The position numbers were made by a program, and so were the translations under genes. Of a stretch of DNA of 54,403 nt, positions 38,228 to 45,966 are shown piece after piece. Source of the stretch: Eubacteriales bacterium. GTDB lineage: Bacteria; Bacillota; Clostridia; Oscillospirales; CAG-272. How positions within the stretch are numbered: position 1 is the stretch's first letter; each line of letters starts with the position of its first letter. The notes below the pieces were generated by a model, which saw only the letters and a program-made list of their open reading frames with translations, was not told where the DNA came from and made no database searches. Where the stretch lies: the NCBI GenBank assembly GCA_045659745.1, contig JAZRCL010000094.1:1-54403 (forward strand), written 5' to 3'.

Positions 38228-39016
38228 TTAGTTGTTTTCGCAAGAGAGCTTTTTGTTTTTTACCCATTTTGCGACTTGGATTATCAAATGCAAGACCAAT
38301 TCCACCGCAAAAAACAAGGCAATATTCAAAAACGGCATAATAAACGGCGAAACTGACTCTGGGGTCATATAAAAAGGGTCACGCACAACGAAAAACCAGT
38401 TAAAAAAGTGCGAATAGCTCTCTGACGTTCCGTTATACATGTAATTTCCAAGCATCGCCCACAGGGTCATACAAATAACAACTATCAAATCGCGGTGACA
38501 CTTTTTGATGCTGATTCTGTCCTGCTCATATACCAAGGTGAGAAATCCGTAAACTGTCATCACGCTATGAAAAATAAGGGTTTGTATCACACGGTAGGAC
38601 AGCGGATGCACCGCGTGCCACATAACTCCCGCAGGATAAATGAGGTAGACAAGATTGGAAATAAAGCCGAGCATTACAAACGACGCGCGGTACTTTTCGA
38701 GAAAAGGAATATGATAGCTCAAAAAGCACATTACACACATAGCGGTGCAGGCGTGAAACGGCAATTTTTCAATATCAATTTCACCGTACGCAAGCGGCAT
38801 AAGGAAGAAATCCGCCATATACAGACCAAATGCAACGTTCACAAACACTTTTGCGGTCTTTTCCTTAGCACTTCTGCTTTTGTTTTTCAACACAAACAAA
38901 ACAGCAACAATAACAATCACCGTCACCGCAAGATAAAGAAAATGCCAAGGGCTGAACAATCTGAAAATCTCCCCGCCCTTTTTGTCCGACAATAATCTCT
39001 GCAAAAAAGAATACAT
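38228..39016 (-). CDS. Polytopic integral membrane protein (possibly YwaF/TIGR02206-like)
   Basis: About 7 hydrophobic helices. The N-terminus FRLFSPWHFLYL resembles the YwaF family. The family assignment is from memory only. Confidence 0.45.
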   Translation of the reverse strand: MYSFLQRLLSDKKGGEIFRLFSPWHFLYLAVTVIVIVAVLFVLKNKSRSAKEKTAKVFVNVAFGLYMADFFLMPLAYGEIDIEKLPFHACTAMCVMCFLSYHIPFLEKYRASFVMLGFISNLVYLIYPAGVMWHAVHPLSYRVIQTLIFHSVMTVYGFLTLVYEQDRISIKKCHRDLIVVICMTLWAMLGNYMYNGTSESYSHFFNWFFVVRDPFYMTPESVSPFIMPFLNIALFFAVELVLHLIIQVAKWVKNKKLSCENN

Positions 39017-39039
39017 ATCTTCACCGCCTCTCTATTTTA

Positions 39040-39069
39040 ATTTTATCACACCATATACAACGGTGTCAA
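39040..39069 (-). promoter_or_regulatory. Sigma-A promoter of the membrane-protein gene
   Basis: Minus strand TTGACA, 18 nt, TGaTAAAAT. Confidence 0.6.
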
Positions 39070-39085
39070 GGATAAAATCAAAAAC

Positions 39086-39111
39086 AAAAAGCACCCCGAG
39101 GGGTGCTTTTT
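39086..39111 (-). terminator. Terminator copy 3 of the AAAAGCACCCCGAGGGGTGCTTTT element (end of the opp operon)
   Basis: Identical core, 6 nt after the stop at 39117. Confidence 0.85.
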
Positions 39112-39116
39112 GTGTA

Positions 39117-39542
39117 TTAACCTGTTATATTGTAGAATTTTGTATACCAGATAACGGTAAGGATTATGCCGACGGTAAGGAACAACAGACCTGTAAAAAG
39201 AATGGCATGGTCGCATGATTTTTTTATCTCGCTCATTCTTCTTTCGCGATACTTTGCGTAAACCTCGTGCTTTGCTCTACCCATAGGGGTAAAGGCCAGC
39301 ACAACGTTTCTCAATACAAATCCGATTCCTATCAGCGCACCTTGGCCGCTGACGTACATCATTCCTGCAAACAACGTTACCAGAATTCCCGAAACGAAGA
39401 AGCCATCTGCTAAAACCTGCATATTTTCAGCAGGACCGTGTGTGAAAAAGCCTTTTACCCAGAACACGATAAACGTGATAAGACAGGCAGCGCCAAAACA
39501 AATTATATATTTTATTAATAATTGTTTGTTTTCCTTTTTCAC
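39117..39542 (-). CDS. Small 4-TM membrane protein (possibly DUF3899), last gene of the opp operon
   Basis: 141 aa, four hydrophobic helices. GTG start 6 nt after the oppF stop, with GGAAGGA inside the oppF 3' end. Confidence 0.45.
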   Translation of the reverse strand: MKKENKQLLIKYIICFGAACLITFIVFWVKGFFTHGPAENMQVLADGFFVSGILVTLFAGMMYVSGQGALIGIGFVLRNVVLAFTPMGRAKHEVYAKYRERRMSEIKKSCDHAILFTGLLFLTVGIILTVIWYTKFYNITG

Positions 39543-39548
39543 TGTAAT

Positions 39549-40823
39549 TTATCCTTCCGTTTCGTCATTTACGATCTTCTTGTATTTTTCTTCTTCCGCA
39601 TCATTACAGTATACGAAATGTCCGGGGCTGATCTCACGGAACGAAGGTGTATCCGTTGAATAATCATGCTCTGCAAGAGGATTATATGTTATTCTCTTAC
39701 GCTGCTTTTCGTATACAGGGTCGGGCAACGGAATTGCCGACAAAAGCGACTTTGTGTAGGGATGCAAGGGGTGCTTGAACAGCTCGTCCGAGTCTGCAAG
39801 CTCTACCATCTTACCGAAGTACATAACACCGATTCTATCCCAGAAGTACTTAACTACGGACAAGTCGTGCGCGATGAACAAAATGGTAAGTCCCTGGCTC
39901 TCTCGAAGGTCATTCAAGAGGTTTATAACCTGCGCCTGAATAGATACGTCAAGCGCGGAAACAGGCTCGTCGGCGATGATCATTTCAGGCTGCATAACAA
40001 CAGCTCTTGCGATACCTATACGCTGACGCTGACCACCCGAGAATTCGTGAGGATAACGGTCTGCGTGCTCGCGAACAAGACCAACCGTCTCAAGAATCTC
40101 ATAAACCTTCTGATTGATATATTCCTTATCCTTGATACCGTTGATTATCATACCCTCCGCAATAATATCACGAACCGTCATACGAGGGTCGAGAGATGCG
40201 ATAGGATCCTGGAATATCATCTGTATCTGAGTTATAAGTCTGCTCTTTTTAGCAACGTGGAGTCTGCTCTTGTACTCCTTTTTGAGCGCCTTGAGCTTTG
40301 CTTCATCGCTCTGAGCCGCTCTGAACTTATCGGCATACTCCTCTTCAAGCTTCTTTACCAAGTAAGCTCTATAGTTCTTGTCTACCTCTTTGTTATCGGA
40401 CTTTGCGTCATGAATAAGAACTTTGTTCTTCTCTACTGTTTCCGCAAGCTCGGCATTGATCCTTTCGATCTCTACCTCTATCTCAGCCTTTCTGTGGTCA
40501 TCCACATTCTTTTCGGACTTGAGAAGATTTATCTGCTTCTTAGCGTCAGCACGAGCAGCCTTGATTGCATCCTTATAGGAGCGAACACCAGCGCCAATTC
40601 TCTGACCCTTGAAGTAAACGTTACCTGAGGTAATGTCATACAGCTTGATTATTGAACGTCCTGTCGTTGTTTTGCCGCAACCGGACTCACCAACAAGACC
40701 AAATGTCTCGCCGCGTCTTATCTCAAAGCATACATCATCGACTGCCTTAAGGTCCTTACGTCCCAAACGGAAATACTGGCAAAGATGGTCTACTTTTAAC
40801 AATACTTCGTTATTATTCTCCAT
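39549..40823 (-). CDS. oppF: Oligopeptide ABC transporter ATP-binding protein OppF with ~115-aa coiled-coil insertion
   Basis: GLVGESGCGKTT, IQMIFQDP, FSGGQRQRIGIARA, IIADEPVSALD, IAHDL, and C-terminal HPLHPYTKSLL. A Lys/Glu/Ala-rich insertion lies between residues ~78 and ~195. Confidence 0.9.
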   Translation of the reverse strand: MENNNEVLLKVDHLCQYFRLGRKDLKAVDDVCFEIRRGETFGLVGESGCGKTTTGRSIIKLYDITSGNVYFKGQRIGAGVRSYKDAIKAARADAKKQINLLKSEKNVDDHRKAEIEVEIERINAELAETVEKNKVLIHDAKSDNKEVDKNYRAYLVKKLEEEYADKFRAAQSDEAKLKALKKEYKSRLHVAKKSRLITQIQMIFQDPIASLDPRMTVRDIIAEGMIINGIKDKEYINQKVYEILETVGLVREHADRYPHEFSGGQRQRIGIARAVVMQPEMIIADEPVSALDVSIQAQVINLLNDLRESQGLTILFIAHDLSVVKYFWDRIGVMYFGKMVELADSDELFKHPLHPYTKSLLSAIPLPDPVYEKQRKRITYNPLAEHDYSTDTPSFREISPGHFVYCNDAEEEKYKKIVNDETEG

Positions 40824-42978
40824 GGTTGCCTCCTCTTTCTTTCATTCGTTTGATACGCTCGGTAATGATCTTGGGAACCTCTACCTTGGGAGCGTTGGGA
40901 TGGAGCAACCATGTTGCCGCATAGTGTGTGGGGGAAACCTGATACATAGGCGGCTGCATTTCGAAGTCGATCTCCAATGCGTACTTGTTTCTTTCCGCAA
41001 ACGCGTCTCCAACAGGAGGATATATCATATTCGGGGGTGTACCGGGAATAGCGTCAAGCTTTTCGTTTGTATCAAGGTCAGGCATAGAGGAAAGCAATGC
41101 CCACGTGTAGGGATGCTGAGGATTATAGAATACCTCTTCAGCAGTACCGTACTCTACTATCTTACCTGCATACATAACGGCAATTCTGTCCGCCATATTT
41201 GCTACGACACCAAGGTCGTGCGTAATAAAGATAATGGAAAGCTCGCGCTCGCGCTTGAGCTTGTTGATAAGCTCGAGTATCTGAGCCTGAATAGTCACGT
41301 CAAGCGCCGTGGTAGGCTCGTCACAGATAAGGATGTCAGGGTTAGCGGAAAGCGCGATAGCGATAACTATACGCTGACGCATACCGCCCGAGAATTCAAA
41401 CGGATACTGTCTGAATCTCATTCTCGCCTCGGGAATACCAACCTCTTCCATAATCTTGATAGCCTTTTCCTTAGCGATACGCTTTGTGAGCTTGTAAACG
41501 ACCTGAGAAGCCTTTTCCTTGAGATAGTCAACTATCTCAACGCAGCGCTTATCAAAATCTACGTTTGCTGCATTGTCAACATCCGCCTGGAATCTGCTCA
41601 TTACTCGATTAAGAACAGAAACTATAGTTTCGATCTGTTCCTTGGGCTCAATAACAGACTTAGGAATAACGTTCCATTCTACAGTCTTACCCTTTGCAAG
41701 CAAAGCTTCTTTCTTTGCAGTCTGGCGTGCGAAGCGAGCCTCTTCCTTGGGGTTGTTCTTGATGTAGAAGAAATACTTCTCTACTTCTCTTTCAAGCGCA
41801 CCACCAAAGGTATACGCTACGTTATCCTTTATAACTGCGAGAGGATCGATTGCAGAGAGAACACTCTTATTTACAACCTTACAGCACACGTCTGCATCGT
41901 GCGAGCTGAAGTTGCCTGCGCGGAAGAAATCAATAGCATTCTGCAATTCAGCTATTGCCTTCTTCTTGTTTTCAATGGTTTTGTTATAGGAATACTCAAC
42001 CGCAATCTTCTCAAGCGCAAGGAAGGAATTCATAAAGTCCTCCATAAGGAACTTATATGCGATTTCGTTTGCCTCGTCAGCAGATACCTGGCTAAGATCG
42101 GTATTGGGGTTCTTGTATACGTAGTATCCAATTCTGAAGAAGTTGTACTGAGCCTGCTCGAGCATGTCCTTTGCGGTTGTCTCAATTTTCTTCAGAACGT
42201 CAAGAGTCTCAGCAGACGCTTCCTTTTTAGGTGCGCTGTCAAGAGCCGCAATATATCCCTTGAGTACGTCTGCATATTTTGCAGTAAAGTACTTGTCGTC
42301 GATATCCTTAAGCTTTGAGGATACGAGCTTGAGAGTTGAAGCAACGTCAACCTTCTGCTTCTTTTCGACAAGGAAGAGGAAGTCCTCTACTATTGCGATC
42401 ATTTCTTCTGCAGCAGTACGTGCGGCATTATAGCTGTTTTCAAGCTTTATTGCCTGGATATTAAAGTTGTCAAAGGTCTTTATATATCTGTCAACGTCTG
42501 CGTCAGAAATGCTGGAGTCAGCACCCTCTGCAAGCGCCTTTTTCATCATACCAGAAAGCTCAGCAAGTGTCTTATTAAAGGTTGCACGGCCTTCCTTGCG
42601 GTTTGCCTTGTTCTTTAAGAGCATTGCCTCGGTGATCTGTCTACCGATACGCATAATGGGGTTAAGAGAAGACAACGGATCCTGGAAGATCATTGCGATC
42701 TTGTCTCCACGGAGCTTATGCATCTCCTCCTCGGGAATACGGACAAGGTCCTGTCCGTCATAAAGTATCTCCCCGCCCTCATAGATGGCGTTTACCGCGG
42801 AAATACCCATAATAGCCTTGGAGGTTACGGATTTACCCGATCCCGACTCTCCAACTATTGCCAAGGTTTCACCCTTGTAAAGGTCAAAGGAAATGTCACG
42901 AACTGCCTGTACCTTACCCGCATCTGTACGGAAGGAGACCTTCAAATTATTAACTGATAATTTAACTTCTTTATTCAT
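40813..42978 (-). CDS. oppD: Oligopeptide ABC transporter ATP-binding protein OppD with ~370-aa insertion in the helical subdomain
   Basis: IVGESGSGKS, IAMIFQDP, FSGGMRQRIVIAIA, LICDEPTTALD, ITHDL, PQHPYTWALL. It is 721 aa against the ~330 aa usual for this family. It overlaps oppF by 11 nt. Confidence 0.9.
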   Translation of the reverse strand: MNKEVKLSVNNLKVSFRTDAGKVQAVRDISFDLYKGETLAIVGESGSGKSVTSKAIMGISAVNAIYEGGEILYDGQDLVRIPEEEMHKLRGDKIAMIFQDPLSSLNPIMRIGRQITEAMLLKNKANRKEGRATFNKTLAELSGMMKKALAEGADSSISDADVDRYIKTFDNFNIQAIKLENSYNAARTAAEEMIAIVEDFLFLVEKKQKVDVASTLKLVSSKLKDIDDKYFTAKYADVLKGYIAALDSAPKKEASAETLDVLKKIETTAKDMLEQAQYNFFRIGYYVYKNPNTDLSQVSADEANEIAYKFLMEDFMNSFLALEKIAVEYSYNKTIENKKKAIAELQNAIDFFRAGNFSSHDADVCCKVVNKSVLSAIDPLAVIKDNVAYTFGGALEREVEKYFFYIKNNPKEEARFARQTAKKEALLAKGKTVEWNVIPKSVIEPKEQIETIVSVLNRVMSRFQADVDNAANVDFDKRCVEIVDYLKEKASQVVYKLTKRIAKEKAIKIMEEVGIPEARMRFRQYPFEFSGGMRQRIVIAIALSANPDILICDEPTTALDVTIQAQILELINKLKRERELSIIFITHDLGVVANMADRIAVMYAGKIVEYGTAEEVFYNPQHPYTWALLSSMPDLDTNEKLDAIPGTPPNMIYPPVGDAFAERNKYALEIDFEMQPPMYQVSPTHYAATWLLHPNAPKVEVPKIITERIKRMKERGGNHGE

Positions 42979-42981
42979 AAC

Positions 42982-44601
42982 TTAATCCTCCGATCCTCTG
43001 AGCGACGGGTTGAACGCATCACGCAATCCGTTACCGAACAAGTTAAAGCTGAGCATCAGCAGAACAAGGAATACACAGGGGAAGAACGCTACGTAGGGCG
43101 CCTGAAGATACTGACCCTGACCTATGGAGATAAGAGTACCGACCGAGGTGATATTACCCGATTCAAGGTTAATAATACTCAAGTAAGACAGGTTTGCCTC
43201 TGTATATATCATAGAAGGAATAACGAGCGCGCAACGTGTGACCAAGGTTCCAAGACCGTTGGGGAAAATATGCTTGAACATAATTCTCATATCACTTGCA
43301 CCAAGCGTTCTTGCCGCAAGAACGTATTCCTGATTCTTGAAGCGGTAGAACTGCATACGTGTAGTTCCCGCCATGCCGATCCATCCTGTTGCAAAGAATG
43401 CGATAAACAGAACGAGCACGTGGTTGGTCGGGCCCATATGATATTTAAGCAGCGTTATAACTATCATTGTGGGTATTGAACCCAGAATCTCACAAAATCT
43501 TTCCATGCAGAGGTCGATCTTTCCACCGAAGTAACCGGAAATAGATCCCCAGATAGCACCGACGATAAGGTTTACAAGAGCAACTACAATTGCAAAGATG
43601 AATGAGAATCTTGCACCGTTTGCAAGGCAAGCGAAGATATCCTTACCGTCAATATCTGTAGTACCGAACAGGAAATAAGGCTCTTCAACAGTACCGCGAA
43701 CGTATTTTTCATATTTTGTTGTCTGTGAATACTCATAAATGTAGTATTCATAGATATTGGCTCTGACCTCAACGTTGCCGCCTTCGATTACTCTTCCGTA
43801 TGCATAGTAGTACGTCTTGCCGTCCTTGCCGACTACACCGTCCTCGCCCTCGATTCTGCTGGAGGTGTACTTAGCTACAATACCACCCTCCTCTATCTTG
43901 TCTGTACGCTTCCAATAGTTGAGCTGAATATTACCGTCTTCGTCCAGAGCGGGAACCGACTTGCCGGTTTCTTCATCCACCTTGGTCTTGTAGTAAATGT
44001 TTGCATCGTCCGCCGCCTCTTTGGTCTTCGGACGGTCGCCAAGCTTAACAAGAGGATACAGAACCTGTCTGCCGGTTTCATCCTGATATCTCTGAATATC
44101 TTGAAATTCCTCAGGAGTAATATACTTGTACTTACCAAAGCCAACACCGTTGTAGGTATCATAGCGATATTTATAGAGATTTGATCCATCTTCAAACGGT
44201 GTGATCTCTACGTCGCCGTTTTTAATAACGTCATGACCAATCTCAAGACCGAGTGCGTAATCATGGAAATACTGAAGATATCCTACTTCCTTTTTCGTAT
44301 AGCCGTCCCAGAAATTTATGTTTTCAAACCACTTGTTCTTGGGGCGGGCAGCAGCAAAACGCGCGTCGTGATAAGCAGCAGTATACGGGGTGCACAAAGG
44401 TGCGATGATTGCAAAAAGGACAAGAATAGTAATAACCACAGCAGCTACGACCGCGCCCTTGTTTCTGCAGAAACGGCGAAGCGCACCCTCAAGGTAGCTT
44501 ACGGGCTTGGTATCAAACTTTTTATCGTGATTAAGGTCTGTTCTTTGCGCAAATTGAAATTTTTCAATGGGGATATTGTTGTATTGTTTTGTATCAGTCA
44601 T
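42982..44601 (-). CDS. oppC: Oligopeptide ABC permease OppC with ~200-aa extracytoplasmic insertion after TM1
   Basis: OppC N-terminal region then TM1. A long hydrophilic loop follows, up to FLFGTTDIDGKDIFACLANGARFSF. The rest is a BPD-type permease core with an EAA-like loop (AARTLGASDMRIMFKHIFPN). Confidence 0.88.
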   Translation of the reverse strand: MTDTKQYNNIPIEKFQFAQRTDLNHDKKFDTKPVSYLEGALRRFCRNKGAVVAAVVITILVLFAIIAPLCTPYTAAYHDARFAAARPKNKWFENINFWDGYTKKEVGYLQYFHDYALGLEIGHDVIKNGDVEITPFEDGSNLYKYRYDTYNGVGFGKYKYITPEEFQDIQRYQDETGRQVLYPLVKLGDRPKTKEAADDANIYYKTKVDEETGKSVPALDEDGNIQLNYWKRTDKIEEGGIVAKYTSSRIEGEDGVVGKDGKTYYYAYGRVIEGGNVEVRANIYEYYIYEYSQTTKYEKYVRGTVEEPYFLFGTTDIDGKDIFACLANGARFSFIFAIVVALVNLIVGAIWGSISGYFGGKIDLCMERFCEILGSIPTMIVITLLKYHMGPTNHVLVLFIAFFATGWIGMAGTTRMQFYRFKNQEYVLAARTLGASDMRIMFKHIFPNGLGTLVTRCALVIPSMIYTEANLSYLSIINLESGNITSVGTLISIGQGQYLQAPYVAFFPCVFLVLLMLSFNLFGNGLRDAFNPSLRGSED

Positions 44602-44604
44602 ACT

Positions 44605-45636
44605 TTACTTCGCCCCCATTCTTATTCTCGGATCAATAAATCCGTAGCTTATGTCAATAACTATACCTGCAGTCAAGCCGATCAAGGTATAGAAGGCAGA
44701 CAGGAGCAGGAAAAGGTCGTAGTCAGGCATTGAAGAAGCAGATGAACCTCCGATGGAAGCCAAATACAAGCCACCAACACCGTTAACACCGAATATTTTC
44801 TCAACGATCAGCGATCCCGAAAGAACCGAGATAAATTCACTGAGTATGGAGGGGAAAATAACGACCATCGAGTTTCTCATCGCGTGACGATAAACAGCCT
44901 GACTCTTTGTCAGACCCTTCGTTCTCGCGAGAAGCATAAACTCGCCCGTCAATACCTCCGAAAGCTCCGCGCGGGTATAACGCGCGTATCCTGCGATGGA
45001 GCCCAAGCTGAGCGCTAATACAGCAGGAATCATAGTCTTGAACACGTCCCAGGTGAAATAAGCATCACTCGTGTCCATCTGCAACGGCAGGCCCGTCTTA
45101 AAGCACATGAAGTACTGGATAAGAATACCCAGAACGATTGAAGGGACGGAAATCAACAAAATAATAAAGACGTTGATTACCTGGTCCTGCCACTTATTCT
45201 TTTTAAGCGCAGCCAAAATACCCAAGCCAAGACCGACAGGAACACCGAGCAAGGTTGAGTAAATATTTATCAAAATTGTGGGGGGGAGCTTTTTGACAAA
45301 CACGTCCCATACAGGCTGATTGATATACTCACCCACGTTAACAACAACACCGAAGTCTCCCTGTGTGACTACCCTCTTGAGATAAGTTCCAAGCTGGATA
45401 AGGATCGGCACACGGTCATACGTGTAGGTGTTATTTTCGCCCTTTTCGATGTTTGTGATCCAACCCCTGCCCTCAAGATTCTTCAGGGCAACGAATTGAG
45501 CATCTTCACTTGCACCGGGGCCAACGTTGACGTGAATCGGCAGAAGCTTGACAAGCACGAAACACATTACAAAAATAATGAGAAACGTGAAAAGCATCAA
45601 GCCAAGACGCTTCATCACATATTTAAACATATACAT
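44605..45636 (-). CDS. oppB: Oligopeptide ABC permease OppB
   Basis: MFKYVMKRLGLMLFTFLIIF N-terminus and EAA loop LARTKGLTKSQAVYRHAMRNS. Confidence 0.9.
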   Translation of the reverse strand: MYMFKYVMKRLGLMLFTFLIIFVMCFVLVKLLPIHVNVGPGASEDAQFVALKNLEGRGWITNIEKGENNTYTYDRVPILIQLGTYLKRVVTQGDFGVVVNVGEYINQPVWDVFVKKLPPTILINIYSTLLGVPVGLGLGILAALKKNKWQDQVINVFIILLISVPSIVLGILIQYFMCFKTGLPLQMDTSDAYFTWDVFKTMIPAVLALSLGSIAGYARYTRAELSEVLTGEFMLLARTKGLTKSQAVYRHAMRNSMVVIFPSILSEFISVLSGSLIVEKIFGVNGVGGLYLASIGGSSASSMPDYDLFLLLSAFYTLIGLTAGIVIDISYGFIDPRIRMGAK

Positions 45637-45893
45637 AGGTTTTTCTCCTCTGTTTTTGTTATTTTCCTATTCATAAGACACCCGTCGCATATGCTCCGAC
45701 GCGTTTGACGTCCGGAATTTTGCGACGGTGTTTGCGCGCAAAACCGTATGCGCGCGGTATACAATTAAACTCTTTTTACTGTTATACTGATATTATGCAG
45801 TACTTTTACTGCCATTTAACTGTAATTTAACTGTTTTTTTGCTGTTTATCAGCGTTTTTTAGATTTTTGAGGGAAACTATAATGTGCAAATCA

Positions 45894-45923
45894 GCGGTGA
45901 GCGAAATTTCTTTCGCTCACCGC
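45894..45923 (-). terminator. Intercistronic hairpin after oppA (partial terminator / mRNA stabiliser)
   Basis: 13-bp perfect stem GCGGTGAGCGAAA / TTTCGCTCACCGC with a 4-nt loop, 44 nt after the oppA stop. Only a weak U-tract follows on the minus strand. Confidence 0.55.
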
Positions 45924-45966
45924 ATAGTTTTAGGATTTAATAATCCTAGTGAACTTAGTCTGAAAA

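Noticed and set aside
45772-45846. Short tandem repeats considered as a CRISPR-like or minisatellite array.
   Set aside because: The units are only 11 nt with no spacers, there are only four copies, and no cas genes are in the window. It is reported instead as a possible phased binding-site array.
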